DNA from: the human T2T-CHM13v2.0 reference genome, Homo sapiens
Length of the DNA: 64,000 nt
Assembly: GCF_009914755.1 (NCBI RefSeq)
Contig: NC_060934.1
Direction: 5' to 3' (one strand)
The notes beneath the pieces were generated by a model. That model was not told the origin of the DNA, ran no database searches, and saw nothing but the letters and a program-made list of their open reading frames with translations. Shown here piece by piece: positions 42,954 to 61,568 of the stretch; the stretch's first letter is position 1, and every line of letters starts with the position of its first letter. A program made the translations under genes and the position numbers.

Positions 42954-43455
42954 CTAGTGGTGCAACCTCTTGAAGGAATCAACACAGAGATGGAATGGTA
43001 ACAGAAATCTTCCCCTAACTGGTAGAGACCACATATGAATACAGTAGGAAAACACAAAAGGATTCTGAAATTTATTGACTTGGGCTTCCCATTTAGCTAG
43101 CTTTCTTTTCTTTCCTTCCTTCCTTCCTTCCTTTCTTTCTTTTCTTTCTCTTCCTCCCTCCCTACCTCCCATCCTTTCTTATTTATTTATTGAGATGGTG
43201 TCTTGCTATGTTGACCAGGCTGGTCATGAACTCTTGGCCTCAAGCAATCCTCCCATCTCAGCCTCCCAAAGTGCTGGGATTATAAGCATGACCCACCATG
43301 CCCAGCCTTTATTTTTATTTTTATTATTTATTTACTTATTTAGAGACAGAGTTTCACTCTTGTCGCCCAGGCTGGAATGCAATGGCACAATCTCAACTCA
43401 CTGCAATCTTCACCTCCTGGGTTCAAGCAATTCTCCAGCCTTGCCTCCTGAGTAG

Positions 43456-43767
<312 letters not shown>

Positions 43768-43783
43768 TGAGTCTCTTACTTAC

Positions 43784-43928
43784 CTGTAACATCCTCCTTC
43801 TTTCCTAGAAGCCAAAATTCATCCACCACTGCCAGCACCTCAATAATATCTCCCACAAAGAGCGGCAGTTCTTCTGATACGCTAGGGCAGAAGTCAAAAA
43901 TGGCTCGAACCACTGAGCCAGCCTCCAT
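43784..43928 (-). CDS. DNMBP: DNMBP first coding exon (exon 43784-43938 incl. 10 nt 5'UTR); start of SH3 domain 1
   Basis: Minus strand reads ctttccag|GTTATAAAACATGGAGGCT and translates [48 protein letters not shown](G). It ends ACAG|gtaagt. The 145 coding nt end in phase 1. The SH3 signature and N-terminus are recognised as DNMBP/Tuba. Confidence 0.96.
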
Positions 43929-45638
43929 GTTTTATAACCTGGAAAGATAGATCAAGAGAAATAGAAAACATCAATATTTAAGACACTGCAATATAGATCT
44001 ATTTCTTGGAATGATAAAGCTTAAGATACAAATATACTTAAAATGAAGCCAAAGCTAAGCAAATAAGTTAGTACTTCCTATTTTATTTTTGAGACAGGGT
44101 CTCACTCCCATCGCCCAGGCTGGAGTGCAGTGGAGCAATCATGGCTCACTGTAGCCTCGACTTCCTGGGCTCAGGTGATTCTCCCAGCTCAGTCTCCCAA
44201 GAAACTTGGGCTACAGGCATGTGCCACCATGTCCAGCTAATTTTTTGTATTTTTACTAGAGGCAGGGTTTCACCATGTTGCCCAGGCTGGTCTCAAACTC
44301 CTGGGCTGAAGCAATCTGCCTACCCTGGCCTCCCAAAGTGCTGGGATTACAGGCATGCTCCACTGTACCTGGCCTCATATTTTAAAATATCAAAGTTATT
44401 TCTCATTTCTTTTTCCCTTTTTGGGGGCCGGGGGAAACAGGTCTCGCTTTATCACCCAGGCTGGAGTGCAGTGGTGTGATCATAGCTCACTGCAGCCTCC
44501 AGCTCCTGGGCTCAAGTGATCCTCCTACCTCAGCTTTCTGAGTAGCTGGAACTACAGGCGCACACCACTGTGCCTGACTTTTTATTTTTATTTTTTGAGA
44601 TGAAATCTCGCTGTGTGTTCCACACTGGAGTGCAGTGGCACAATCTTGGCTCACTGCCACCTCTGCCTCCTGGCTCAGCCTCCCAAGTGATTCTCAAGGC
44701 TCAGCCTCCCAAGTAGGTAGGACTACAGGCATGCACCACCATGCCCAACTAATTTTTGTATTTTTAGTAGAGACAGGGTTTTGCCACATTGGCCAGGCTC
44801 ATCTCAAACTCCTGGCCTCAAGTGATCTGCCCACCTCAGCCTCCCAAAGTGCTGGGATTACAGGCGTGAGCCACTGCCTGCGGCATTTATTTATTTATTT
44901 ATTTATTTATTTGTAGAGATGAGATCTCACTTCGTTACCCAGGCTAGTGTTGAACTCCTGGCTTCAGTGATCCTCCTGCTTTGGCCTCCCAAAGTGTTGG
45001 GATTCCAGGCATGAGCCACCGCACCTGGTCTAATTTAAAAATAATAATTTCTTCATATATTTTTCATTTGGACCGCAAAGGAATTCAGGAACAAAACAAA
45101 ACAAAACAAAACAAAAACCCTAGACCTCTCAGTGATAGAAAAGATTCAAGTGTCAGCAAATGTAGGCTTTTCAGAATGCCTGAAGAGGGCAGTAATGAAA
45201 TTAACATTTTTAAAACACCAGACAACATGGTAATTTTAAAATACAATACTTTAAAAAGTAGAGATTTTAAATATGGCATTTTATTCCCTATAGATCTTAA
45301 AGATTAGGATACTAAGGCTCAGTATAGTTAGAAAACATTATTTGTCCAAGATCACAGTGCTCACAGCAGCAGGGCCAGAACTCAAACTGAGGGCATTCTG
45401 GTTCCTACCTACTGAGACTATCTGCAAACAAATGTACCACAACCTGAAGAACAGCAGCAGAACCATGCCTCAAAGGCCTAGATGGAAAACCTGTTGGGGA
45501 CTGGCGCGGTGGCTCGCACCTGTAATCCCAGCGCTTTGCGAGGCCAAGGCGGGCAGATCACCTGAGGTGAGGAGTTTTGAGGCCAGCCTGGGCAACATGG
45601 TGAAACCCCGTCTCTACTAAAAACACAAAAATCAGTCA

Positions 45639-45776
<138 letters not shown>

Positions 45777-48700
45777 TCAGAAAAGGAAAAAGGAAAAGGA
45801 AAGGGAAAATCTATTGAATGGCTCATGCCTATAATCCTAGCACTTCGGGAGACTAAGGCTAGAGGATCAATTGCAGTCAGGAGTTCAAGACCAACGTGGG
45901 CAACACAGCACGACTTCACCTCTATTTTATAAAAAAAAAAGTTAGAAAAGTAAAAATCTGTAAGAAAGGAAGAAAGGACTATGTAGATGGCACCTCCAGA
46001 CAAGATTTAGCATCCTATGCCAGATCAAGTATATGTTTTTGGTTCACAGAAGTCAGTGGCCCAACCCCGGGGAGTATCCTTGTACTGTTACGGTGTCTGT
46101 GCTGTAATAAGACGATGTGTCCATTACCTTGATGCATGTGGCTGGGGAACCTACGTATGTATTGAAGCAGCAGAAAGAGAGGACATAAGTAGTGGACATC
46201 CATCCCTCTGTAGACAATCAGCCTTGATGACAGCTACATTTCTCCCTAGGTCTCTTAAAGGAGCAGCTGAAGATCACCAGAGTATCCAGGCCTGAAATCT
46301 GTTTTTCTTTTCTTTTCTTTTTAGAGATGGGGTCTTGCTCTGTTGCCCAGGCTGGAGTGCAAAAATAGCTCACTGCAGCCTTGAACTCCTGGGCTCAAGT
46401 GATCCTCCTGCCTCAGCCTCCCAAGTACAAGTCTATTTTCAACCATCTCAAGTACTTATTTGGTCTTGGTAGAGATGAATGAGGACTCTACCTTCCATCT
46501 CACATACAACCATCATCACATCAAAAAGCATGAAGTGCCTAATTACAAAAAAAGAAAAGGTAGTGGTAGCTCTGTTAATTTTATTTATTTATGAGACAGG
46601 GTCCTATTCTGAGGCCCAGGCTGGAGAGCAGTGGCTCACCGTAGCCTCGATATCCAGGGCTCAAGCAATCTTCCCACCTCAGCCTCCTGGGTACATATGG
46701 CTACAGGTATGCATAACCATGCCCAGCTAATTTTTTTTGTACCTTTTTGTAGAGACAGGGTTTTACTATGTTGCCCAGGCTGGTCTCAAACTCCTGGGCC
46801 ACCCACCTTGGCCTCCCAAAGTGCCAGGGGGTTACAGGGAGAAGCCACCATACCTGACCTCTGTTAATTTATAATCCAGCCAGGCACGGTGGCTCATGCC
46901 TGTAATCCCAGCACTTTGGGAGGCTGAGGCGGGTGGATCACCTGAGGTCAGGGAGCTCGAGACCAGCCTGACCAACATGGAGAAACCCCGTCTCTACTAA
47001 AATTACAAAATTAGCCAGGCGTGGTGGTGCATGCCTGTAATCCCAGCTACTCAGGAGGCTGAGGCAGGAGAATCACTTCAACCCAGGAGGCGGAGTTGCA
47101 GTGAGCCAAAATCGCACCATTGCACTCCAGCCTGGGCAACAAGAGCAAAACTATGTCTCAAAAAAAAAAAAATTATATCCAAGAAAACACTGATGTGGAT
47201 AAACATATTAGGCATATAATAAATCATTTAGTATATTAATATGGAGTACCTAGAAGATGTTAATAAATCATGCTACACAAACATTACCTATTTAATTTGT
47301 ACTGTCAAGCAAAAGTAGGTTATCTTTGTGTTACTTATTATAGACTTTTTGTCTATAATAAGACGACTTGAGTCCACAGTGGAAAAGAGAAGTGGTAAGT
47401 GGGTATTTCCCACAGATGCTACTAACACATTTTCTCTAAGTATTACCAAAAAAAATCTAATTATAATTACATGCTGCAGAGGCAGCATATATGAATGTAA
47501 AGCACTAGGCTTCTGTAGTCAGAGAGACCCAGGTCCACAGGCCAGCTCCACTATTTATTAGCGATTTCACCTTGGACATCTTACTTAAACTCTCTGGGCT
47601 TCAGTTTCCTCATCCAGAAAAATGGAGATAATCATACTTTCATAATAACCATCAAGACTATTATAGTTATAACAGTGCCTAACATTCATTGAGTACTTCC
47701 TAGGTACATGCATTTACCATGTACTTCCCTGAGTCCTCGCAAGGACCCTATCATATGTTATTGGTTCCCATTTGGCAGGTGGGGACACGGGATCAGAGAG
47801 ATGATAGCTGTCCAAGGTCACATAGTAAGTCAGAGGTGTAATGGGAACCCAAATCTGTCTGTCTCCAAAGCCTTAACCAGTATGCTAACAGTGTGAAAGC
47901 ACCTAGGTCAGGGCTGGTATAGTAGCTGCTCAATAAACATTAGTCATTATTACAAAGCATCATTTCCATAATCAACTGCAAGCTCAAATTTGTGTCACTG
48001 ATATAGCATCATCAGAGAATGTGCTATTTCAAACATATAAACTCTACGGAGCTTACCATTTCAACATGTCAAAACCTGGTTAACTTTGATTGTTTAAAAA
48101 TAGACACACTCCAGACTTCCCTGACTTCTTTATTAGAAGACCTTGAACATGACTTACTCTTTGGCTGATGGGTCCAAGTTCATTATTAAGACTACACATT
48201 ACTGTATTAAGCTGTGATACACAATACCAGCACTGTCTATCTTTTAGGCCTTTCTCTTTCAACGTCAGCCTACCCTCTGCTCTCCTCTGTCAACTTTTCC
48301 ACGCCCTTGCTATATTGCTGTTTATGATCTGCTATGGAGGGGAGACCACACGCATACTACCAAAATTATGTAAAGTTCCTAGATAAATAAAAGTAAACAA
48401 GCTCTAAATGCGAGGCTAACAAACTCTACTGTGGTGGGAAAGGACACATGTTCGTGGTAGAGTTTTTCAACAGTTATTTTCATGTGCACTGAGGCCCCTT
48501 TCTTACTTTCTGGCTGTCTTCCAGAGGACTGAAGTTGCCAGATGTCAGATTTCCACATAAGGGTGGTGTCCTAAGTATTTTCTTAAAAAAAAAAACACCA
48601 CACATAATGTCCTGCAAACTTCTTAGCCATCTAGATGTTTATGTTATTAAAACTATTCCTTAACCTTCGGCCAAATTAGATACTATTTTTCTTCTTATAC

Positions 48701-51700
48701 TACATTTTCTCAGATTTCATCTATCAGACTAGATATATCTAATTATCTAAAATATCAAGTAAAGAATTAGCATAAACCCCATATAATTACTTAGAGAACT
48801 ACCCCATTACACAAAGGGAGTAATGCTTGTAATCTGAAAGAGTTAAAGCTTCTCCCAGAGAACCTTTTCACTCTACCAGAAAATGACTCAGAAGCAGAGG
48901 AGAATCTGGCTCAATAAATACTTTTACTGACTGACCTCCTACTCCATTGGAATGAGTGCGTAATCACTGAGGAGCACACACCCTAGAAGGGTACTGAAGT
49001 CACGGCCTCGCTAAATTACATGATTCATGTGTGAGACCCAAAAGTATGTATAATATGACGAATCTCATCTGTCTTCTCTGCCCTGTATACCCTATGAAAA
49101 GCAGCTACTCTTATTCATGCCAGGGCCATTTTAGAAGCCTGAGCATATATTTTGAAACAATCATAAATGGCTTCTATAAGCTGTTCCACCAACTCCAGAT
49201 AGAAGTAAAAAGAACTGCAGAGGAAATCAGAACACAGATGGGCTTGAGAGAACACCGAGGAAATTACTGCTTATATGGCATGATTTCAGGGACAGCAGAA
49301 AAATTTGCTATGAAAACACCATCTTCTTCCCTTGCTGGTGAACGCCTATCTTTCCACCTTTAGGGAGTCATTCTGCATTTGAAATATAGATATATTTGGA
49401 AAGAAAATTCTTCAAACCCTTTTAGAATGTAAACTCTGTGAAGGAAGAGATTTATTTCATTCACTGGTCTACAGCAGTGCCTGGCACATAAAATATTTTC
49501 AGATTTTTGATGAACAAACGATTTGTTGAAGTTTGGGAAAATATATGAAACTCTTTTTTTATTCTTATCTTTTAAAAATTTTTTTCCAATAATCCAACCT
49601 GTCACAATATATGAAACTATTCATATCAAAATCTCAAGTTTTACTTACCTAAAACTAAATTAACCATCTCTTCCCCAAAAATAGTTTTACCTTCCAGCTT
49701 GTCTATCTATGTATGGCACTGGCAACAGTGCCATAGCAATGTCATAGAAATCTTCCAGGTCAAGCATTAATGTCTTGGACTTCTTCATCCTCTATGGCAG
49801 ACGGTACACTAAGAACAACAGCTATTGTATGATTATCTACCAAGTGTCAGACACTGATCTAGGAGCTTAAATCCTCACGACTCCGCAAGGTAGACAGCAA
49901 GTCTCCAAAGCCAGGGTGCCTGCATTCCAATCCCAGCACCACCACTGAGCAATTTACTCAATCTCTTTAGCTGACAAATAGCTAAACCAGAACCCGAATT
50001 CAGGCCTGTTTGATTCCCATGCCCACGTTCTTTTTATGGCAAACATCACTTTTCTTAAACTTCATTGGTTCTTCCTTCAACATCCTCTAGACTTCCATTT
50101 TTCTGTTTCTCCAACATTTAACTATGAAAATTTTCAAACAGTGAGGTTGAAAGAATTTTACACCCACCACCTAGATTCTAGCATTAACATCTTACTGCAG
50201 TTACTTTATCACATATTATCTATCCCTTTATTCGTTTATCAATTTGTGTTATTTTTTGGATGCATTTCAAATATATATATTTTTTATTTTGATGCACTTC
50301 AAAATAAATCATAAACATTTCCCACCAAACTCTGACATATATATCTTAACTAGAGTCCAATATTTGTTTACGGTTTTTGTTGTTGTTGTTTTCTTTTTTG
50401 AGACAGGGTCTCTGTCACCTAGGCTACAGTGCAGTGGCGTGATCTTGGCTTACTCTAACCTCTGCCTCCCAGACTCAGGTGATCATCCCACCTCAGCCTC
50501 CTGAATATCTGCGATCACAGGTGTGTACCACCACACCTGGCTAATTTATTTACAGAGGTGAGGTTTTGCCATGTTGCCCAGGCTGGTGGTCTTGAACTCC
50601 TCAACTCAGGTGCTCTGCCCTCCTCGGCCTCCCAAATTGCTGGGATTACAGGCGTGAGCCACCACGCCTGGCCAGCAGTTTTTTTTTATTTTTGTTTTTT
50701 TAAAGTACCTTTTTCCTCTCCCTACTGGCCAAGGAATTACAAATTCTGGATTTTAACAGAATTGCAGTTCTGTTTTCCCCACTAAAATGGCAGTAAATCT
50801 GATTAATCTTTCTAAAATGTCAATTTATATATATAACACAGTTGGATGAGAATTTACAGGTCCTCCTATTTTCTATAATTCATACATTCAATGAATATTT
50901 ATCAAGCCAAATGGCATCAACCAAAGCCCTATGCAAACTAAAAATCTGGCTTGACTGGGTAAGCTAATCATTTGATGACCCTTCACCCAACATTCTAGGT
51001 ATTTATTCTCTAATCCTGTTGGTGGCGGACAGTAGCGTTTAGAGTCTCCTCTATTGTCCTAAGCAATTCAACTCCTATCACCAAGTATCTACCCAACTGG
51101 GAAAAAAATAAAGCCCGAGCACTAATCTCAAAAGGAGACACTCACTCAGTCTTACCCATTCAATGTGGGGGTCGGGGAAGGACTCAAATCTGCAGTGACT
51201 TTTTTTGTGCCTCAAGGATATTTTAATACTTTCTATGGACTAAAGCCTTTGGCAGTTACCTATTAATCCAGCTTTGCTCCAATGATGTGTCCAGGAACCT
51301 TCCTGGTGTTGTGTGGGAGATAAGTTATAGTCCCTGCACCCAAGAAGCTTAGTTTAGTCCCCACCAATTCCCAAAACATGTTCTGAGGACACTAATCTTT
51401 GTGCTCCAAGACACAAGAGCTCCATGATCATGATAAACTCCAGGAAGGCTATAAACCATATTTCCTTCTTAGAGGAGCATTTTAAAATTAGCATATTAAA
51501 GACTGAAACAATTTGGCAAGAATCCTTTTCAATCTGGCATTTCTAAACTTGTCTGGCCACAGCACGCCGTTTTCAGGCCCCACTTCAGATTTGTGTAACC
51601 TTGTCCCACTCCACTTGTCATTCATAAATAATATTCAGGGCAGTCCCATCCAAACGAAATGTCTCAGCTCCCATAAGGCACTGTCCGCTCAGAACTTGTT

Positions 51701-51849
51701 TTTTGGTTTACTGCTGTTTATTTCCTCCATGGTCAGTCCCACATATTTAAACACTTTCCACACCTGGAGTACTTCCCCCAAATGATGCCACCTCTCCTGC
51801 TCAGGTCCACTCATTTGCCATGTCTTAAGTCCTGCAGCCCTTGCTCTTA

Positions 51850-52925
<1,076 letters not shown>

Positions 52926-53446
52926 ATTTTAAGGTATGTCATAAAACGTGAATGTGAAAGAAGGCCTGGAGGACTCAGTAATGTTTATTTTATTTTTTGA
53001 GACGGAGTCTAGCTCTGTTGCCCAGACTGGAGTGCAGTGGCTCAATCTCAGCTCACTGCAACCTTCACCTCCTGGGCTCAAGTAACTCTCGTGCCTCAGC
53101 CCCCTGAGTAGCTGGGATTACAGGTATGCACCACCACACCCAGCTAATTTTTGTATTTCTAGTAGAGATGGGGTTTCACCTTGTTGGCCAGGCTTGTCTC
53201 AAACTCCTGGCCTCAAGTGATCTGCCCGCCTTGGCCTCTCAAAGAGCTGGGATTACAGGTATGAGCCACTGTGCCTGGCCAGTAATTTTTATTAAGCAAC
53301 ATATCTTCAAGTCTGGACATACTTCATTAAAAAATCTCCTGAGATCACAAACTATAAACTTTTACCCTGATAGACACCGATATCAAACAGTTTAATAAGT
53401 AATTTCTAATGTGGCCTTTGGAATCAAAGTCTGAACTTGGCACAGA

Positions 53447-53907
53447 TTGAGGATACCGAAAATCTGCCCTTTCAGGTCTGCCCCAGCCTACCCTGTGTTC
53501 CCGGAGGCTGGCCCACCAGAACTGAACAAGGCCTCCCCCATCTCTGGCTTTCAGTTGGGTTCAGCCAATGGATGGCACTGGCAGGAGGTCTGAAGGCAGA
53601 GGGACAGTGAGATTGTGATATTTACTCCCCTGGCTCTCTCCCTGCTGGGTTGTGAGTTGGCTGCGTTGCTCTATTAAACACCACAGCTACCATATGAAGA
53701 CCTCCTCAAAACAGCTTTCTCTTGCATCAGGTAACCATTCCATCCCCCACCTCTTCAGGAGCAGGGTGGCTCTCCAGCTAGCCGTGACATATGGTACAAT
53801 CCTTTGTTATTTTCCCTAAACTTCTCCATTCTGCTTTAAGTTGGACCTCTTCCAATTACCCAATTTGAGTGTGCCTTCTGTTTTCTGCTGGGCCCCTGAG
53901 TGATACA
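53447..53907 (+). mobile_element. Old ERVL LTR (LTR33-like)
   Basis: Contains CTCTGGCTTTCAGTTGGGTTCAGCCAATGG...GGCAGGAG and ends GTGTGCCTTCTGTTTTCTGCTGGGCCCCTGAGTGATACA, typical of LTR33/LTR16-class LTRs. Confidence 0.6.
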
Positions 53908-54867
53908 CGCCCAAAAGGATGACTTGGATTTATGAGAACAACACATGAAAAGAATGGGGATGGCTAGGCGCAGTGGCTCACACCTATAATCCCAGCACTT
54001 TGGGAGGCAGAGGAGGGTGGATTGCTTGAGCCCAGGAGCTCGAGACCAGCCTGGGCAACATGGTGAAATCCTGTCTCTATAAAAACACAAAAATTAGCTG
54101 GGCGTGGTAGTGCACGCCTGTAGTCCCAGCTACTGGGGAGGCTGAGGTGGGAGGATAACTTGAGCCCAGGAAGTGGAGGCTGCAGTGAGCCTAGATCGTG
54201 CTACTGTAATCCAGCCTGGGCAACAGAGCGAGACCCTGTCTCAAAAAATAAATAAATAAATAAATAATAAAATAAAATAAAGAATTGAGCAAAGTATATG
54301 GAAAACTATAAAAATAGTTCCCTAAATCCACCATTCTAAATCCAGGTGAGAGGTAAGCACTGGAGACATACATTTTGAAGGTTTAAAAAAAATTTAGAAA
54401 AATATTAATGCCTGGGTTCCCTGTACTCCCCTAAATTAGTCAGTATATTCTTTCAAAAAGCACTGGTGAGGCTGGGCACGGTGGCTCACGCCTGTAATCC
54501 CAGCACTTTGGGAGGCCAAGACAGGCAGATCCCTTGGGCCCAGGAGTTCGAGTCCAGACTGGGCAACATGGCAAAACCCTGTCTCTACAAAAATATAAAA
54601 ATTAGCTGGACGTGGTGGTGAACACCTGTGGTTCCAGCTACTCAGGGCGGGGGTATGGGGGAGCAGCTCTGAGGTGGCATTGCTTGAACCTGGGAAGTGG
54701 AGGTTGCAGCAAGCTGATCGCACTACTGCACTCCAGCCTATGCGACAGAGCGAGACCCTGCCAAAAAAAAAAAAATTCAAATTCTGGGGTCCCAGAACAA
54801 AACTTCTGAAGGGGTTTCCTTAACTGAAAGACAAAAAACAGCTGTCTCTCCTTTCTTGCTTACTCTA

Positions 54868-55195
54868 CCAGGAGAGACTGCCTACCTGGGAAGAGCTGGG
54901 AAAGAGATTCCCTTTCTGTAGGGGCAGTCCAGCGGAGGTTCCTTCAAAAGAATATGCTTCCATGAGCATCCTTATGTTTTGGAACTGCTTTCCAGAAAAC
55001 ATTACCTTTTGGGAACGAGAATCCATTTAAAAAATCTCAGGTCCCAGCAATGAGAAGGAATATCTAACCTTAAAAGCAACTGCACATTTCTCTTGTCCTT
55101 GACAATACAAGAGCTCATACAAGACAACACGAAGGCTAAATGAGTAATTTTTTCCCTTCGCATGAAAGGACGAGAGGTGTCAGAAAATGAAGTCT
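54868..55195 (+). repeat. ~330-bp direct repeat, copy 1 (source)
   Basis: Matches 57268-57597 (CCTACCTGGGAAGAGCTGGGAAAG ... GAGAGGTGTCAGAAA.TGAAGTCT), roughly 90% identical by eye. Confidence 0.93.
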
Positions 55196-57267
55196 AAATC
55201 TGCTTCAGGAAGGAAGGAAATGAGAGAAGCTAGGAAAACAGCACTTCCTCCTATGGTTTATGTCGCTGGAGTTCACTCTGGACAGAAGGTCAGCAGTCAC
55301 AGCCAGGTTCCTCAGAGATTCTTCAGATAACTAGCAACAGATGAGGGAAAAGCAGGACCCCTCTTGGCCGCAGCATCCCCACATGGCTGAGAAGCACGGC
55401 CTGGGCCATCTGCTCTTCAACAGCGGCCTCCTACCCTGCGTGCCCCCAGGACCGCAGCACTGACTCACCACACGGACTCTGGTTCCACAGGGTACAGAAT
55501 GTCGAACTGGAAGAACAAATGAAAACCCTGCGCTGGCTTAGGTGAGCTGACCAGAGAAACTAGGGTAGGAAAGTAAAGGAATCTGCTGTCCTATACCGTC
55601 TGAAACTACTTATATTGCAACACTTTGCTGATTTCAAACTTGGCCCAAGTTGGAAGGCAACAACTCCAGATGGAACAGGATACATGTCAGAGTTTCCACC
55701 AATCGTGGAAGGCCGCCTCAGTCCTTCTCAGGATTTAAACTGAGCAACCCTTATCTAAACCACCCGAACACTTCTATAAATTTTTTTTGTTTTACGAAAG
55801 ACAGAATTTAAAATAAGAAAGCTTCAGGATTGACTCTCACAGTACAGTAGTTTTAACTAATTTACAGCGTCTACGCCACCCATATTAAACTGCTGTTTTC
55901 CTTCCATTTTTAGCTCTTTTTTTAAAAAATTACTTCTATATCTCCACATCAGTTTTGTCTTTTTAATGAAACTGCACTGGTGGAGGGAGGTCCCAAGATT
56001 AATATTTCAGGACCTACAAAGTTTGAGGAAATTTACATTCAAGAAATATTTTCAAATGGGTTAACCTAGGAGTTCCTAAGTATCCTCTCAGACTCACATT
56101 TCTTAAATAATGCATGAATCTCAATTATGGGTGGAAATTTAAGAACCACTGACTCATAACTAAATAAACTGGACATGTCAGAGCTAAGTAGCTGAGCAAC
56201 ATATTAAAATTAACAGCTCCACTATGTTGCAGATGTAATACACATGACAGCAGTTACAGACGTGCAGATTAAGTGAAACTATAAAGTGAAACTTTAGGGT
56301 GTGGCTATAGATAACAAAGAACACAATAAACGTGTAAAAACACGCAGTTTTTAAGACAGTTTCCAGAAGACACTAAGAAAATTTATTAACCCAGTGTTCC
56401 AAGTTGTGAGGACAAATGTTAGTGAGATCTGCAAGGCAGGCATCTTGTTTCTTTTTCTTATCTGTTTCAGGCACAAACTTGTGTTTCTGCTACAGAAGAT
56501 TTAAAAAGACATGAGGAATTTCTCTACCTTTCAACCTATTTTTTTTGACACAGGGTCTCACTCTGTTGCCCAGGCTAGAGTGCAGTGATGATCACGGCTC
56601 ACTGCAGCCTTGACCTCCCAGGCTAAAGTGATTCTCCCACCTTAGCCTCACAAGTAGTTGGAACTACAGGCATGTGCCCCCACACCCAGATAATGAATTT
56701 ACAAATTTTTTCCTTTTTTGTGTACAGACAGGATTTCATCATGTTGCCCAGGCTGGTCTTGAACTCGTGAGTTCAAGCAATCCTCCAGCCTCAGCTTCTC
56801 AAAAGTGCTGGGATTACAAGCATGAGCCACTGTGCCTGGCCTCAACCTATTTTAAGGTATAAAATATTCTTGATATTTTGGAAGAAAAATCAGGAAAAGA
56901 ATTTAGAAAACTGAAGATTCTGAGGAAGAAAAATTGGGAGGAAACAAACTGTCCAATTGGAGTTAAAAATAGCTAAGATCATTAGCAGGGTAGGTGATTT
57001 TAGATCATTTTAAGGAGTACCAACATTTGAGCACCATGGAAAACCAGGGACGAGCAGCTTTACACAAACAACAACAAAAACTGCAGTACTGCTTGCCTTT
57101 TATAGAAACTACAGCCACTATACTTGAAAATAAAATGTATATATAATTTCAAGATGAACCAGAGAATATGCCACAACACGGCAAACCCAATGAATGGCTG
57201 ATTCTTTAGATGGTGTCAAAAGAACTCAGTGTCCTTCTTTTTTTGAGTCAGGGTCTCGCTCAGCCAC

Positions 57268-57808
<541 letters not shown>

Positions 57809-57854
57809 TGAAGCGCTGGAATTACAGGTGTGAGCCACGGTGCCTGGCCTCTCA

Positions 57855-58160
<306 letters not shown>

Positions 58161-58658
58161 TCAGAGACTAACAGTATTTCCATGATATGTTCTGGTAAAG
58201 GACGGCTGCCCTTCACAAAAGCAAGGGAGAATTTATTTGGTGGGAAATGTGCCAAAATGATTCCAATTACTTTAAGCTGAATTTTGAAAAAGAGAAAAGA
58301 AAAAGTACAAAGCCCCAGATATAAAACTGCAAGGCGTGAGCTGAGATCGTGCCACTGTACTCCAGCCTGGGAGACAGAGCGAGACTCCGTCTCAAAAAAA
58401 AAAAAAAAAACCTGCAAGGCAGGATAATATGCAGGATAATATTTAATGAAGAAAACGGACAACAAACGCAAGTGAGCTTGAAACAATCAGAGGTTAGGAC
58501 ATCCATACAGTATATCAAGGCCCAGAGTATGAGCAACAAAGTGAGGCTGAAATTATAATACAACAAAGTAAAAACAGTCTATGACTCTTGAGGTATGTTA
58601 GAACTCATCCCAAAATTCAACAGTGGGAAGGTTCACTTCATGTAAAAGAAATCTCTAA

Positions 58659-58981
<323 letters not shown>

Positions 58982-60405
58982 CTAACATGACATGTAAAGA
59001 AAATAAGACCAGGCAGGGTGGCTCATGCTTGTAATCCGAGCATTCTGGGAGGCCGAGGCTAGGATCACTTGAGGCTAGGAGCTAGAAACCAGCCTGGGCA
59101 ACATAGTGAGATCTCATCTCCACAACAAATAAATAAGAAAAAGAAAATAATATATCCACATGAAAACCCATGAATCTGGGGATAAAACATTACGAAGAGT
59201 AGCTGGGATAAGATAAGAGTAGCTGGGATAAGGGAGAGGCTGGGTGCAGTGGTTCACGCCTGTAATCCTAGCACTTTGGGAGTCCAAGGCAGGTGGATCA
59301 CCTGAGGTCAGGAGTTCGAGACCAACATGGCCAACATGGCAAAACCCTGTCTCTACTAAAAATATAAAAATTAGCTGGGCATGATGGTGTGCACCTGTAG
59401 TCCCAGCTACTTGGGAGCTGAGGCAGGAGGATCACTTGAACCCAGGGGAGGTGGAGGTTGCAGTGAGCTGAGATCATGCCACTGCACTCCTGCCTTGGCA
59501 ACAGAGTAAGACCCCATGTCAAAAAAAAAAAAAGATGAAAGGAGAAAGAAACAGGTGGGAGATTTATATTACAGACTGCTATGAGAGAGAACAAAAAGGA
59601 TATTTTAATAATATTACAAAATTGATACAGAAACTAACAGTAGCATGTGGTAGTTGATATAAACTGGACTACTAACTTCCTAACAATTAGCAAATGCATA
59701 TGATCACAGGTCGATTAATTAACTATGTCCTAGAGACTCCACAGACTTTTGCGGGGCCATCTAGGCAGTTAGCATGTCTGATCATTGGGATTCCTGCTCA
59801 GAGGCAGGCGGGGGAAATAGTTCACAACTTCACACCAGTTCTGCAGTGTTTCATTTTGCTTAATAAAAAAAAAATCATGAATAGTTGTTGAATTTTATCA
59901 AATGCTTTTCCTGCGTCCAATGAGATGACCATTTTCCCCCTTTATTCTGATGTCATAAATTTAAATGTTAAATCAACCTTGCATTCCTGGGATAAATTCT
60001 ACTTGCTTATGATGTATTATCCTCTTTAGAGACTTCAATTTTCAATTTGGTACTTTTTTGTTACAGATTTTTACACCTGTGCTCTCAAGGGTTATTAGTC
60101 TATAACTCCCTTTTCTTTAAATGTCCTTGTCAGATTTGCATATAAGGGTTAGTCTTGCTCTGTTCGTGCCTGGCCCACTGGGTACAGGAAAGGAAGAAGG
60201 GCTCCAATGATACCTAAAATTAAGTTTTCCAATAGCCAGGTAGAGGGGAGCTTAGAATAGGTAAAATGAGATTAGATAAGTAAATATCTAATGTCTTTAC
60301 ACCATAGTGTTATGAATTAGAATTCATACTAGCAACACTGAAACGAGACAAAGATCAGTGCATCATTTAACCACCATAATTCACAATTTGTCCCCACTCC
60401 TCTAG

Positions 60406-60714
<309 letters not shown>

Positions 60715-61305
60715 TGAGATTATGGGCGTGAGCCACTGCACCCAGCCAACTTTTAGCCCTTTCTGTACCCATGTCCATTCACCTCTATATTCAAACTTTT
60801 TCAGCTACTTCTTATTCTTATAATATATACGCTAGTAGACAGAACTGCTATTCAATAATCCTCACCCTCTTGTAGGAATTATATATCCTTACAAGATGTG
60901 TAATTATATGTGTATAATAATGTATATCATTACGTATATCATTAATAGTATACAAATATAGAATTGCATATCCATACCCTTTACTGTGTAATCATGCAGT
61001 GCCTCCCACTACAGGCAGAGTATGTTTCCCTGTCACATTTTGGTAGGACTTGGAGTGGAGTGGAGATGGCATAAGCACAGGCTTTCAGCCATTATTTTAT
61101 GGTTTGGCCTGTCCTCTGGTGCTCCTGTAATCTGCCATTAGAAGAGCATGCCCTGAAAGCCCCTGGCTCTTTAGCCTGGGCCCCAGAATGAAGACAAGAA
61201 AAAACAGACTTGAGGCCAGGCGCAGTGGCTCACGCCTGTAATCCCAGCACTTTGGGAGGCTGAGGCAGGTGGATCATCTGAGGTCAAGAATTCGAGACCA
61301 GCCTA

Positions 61306-61494
<189 letters not shown>

Positions 61495-61568
61495 TCAAAA
61501 AAAAGAAAAAACAGACTTGAACCCAAATGGAAGACTATAGGATTCAACCTAGTCTAGCTCAGATCAGC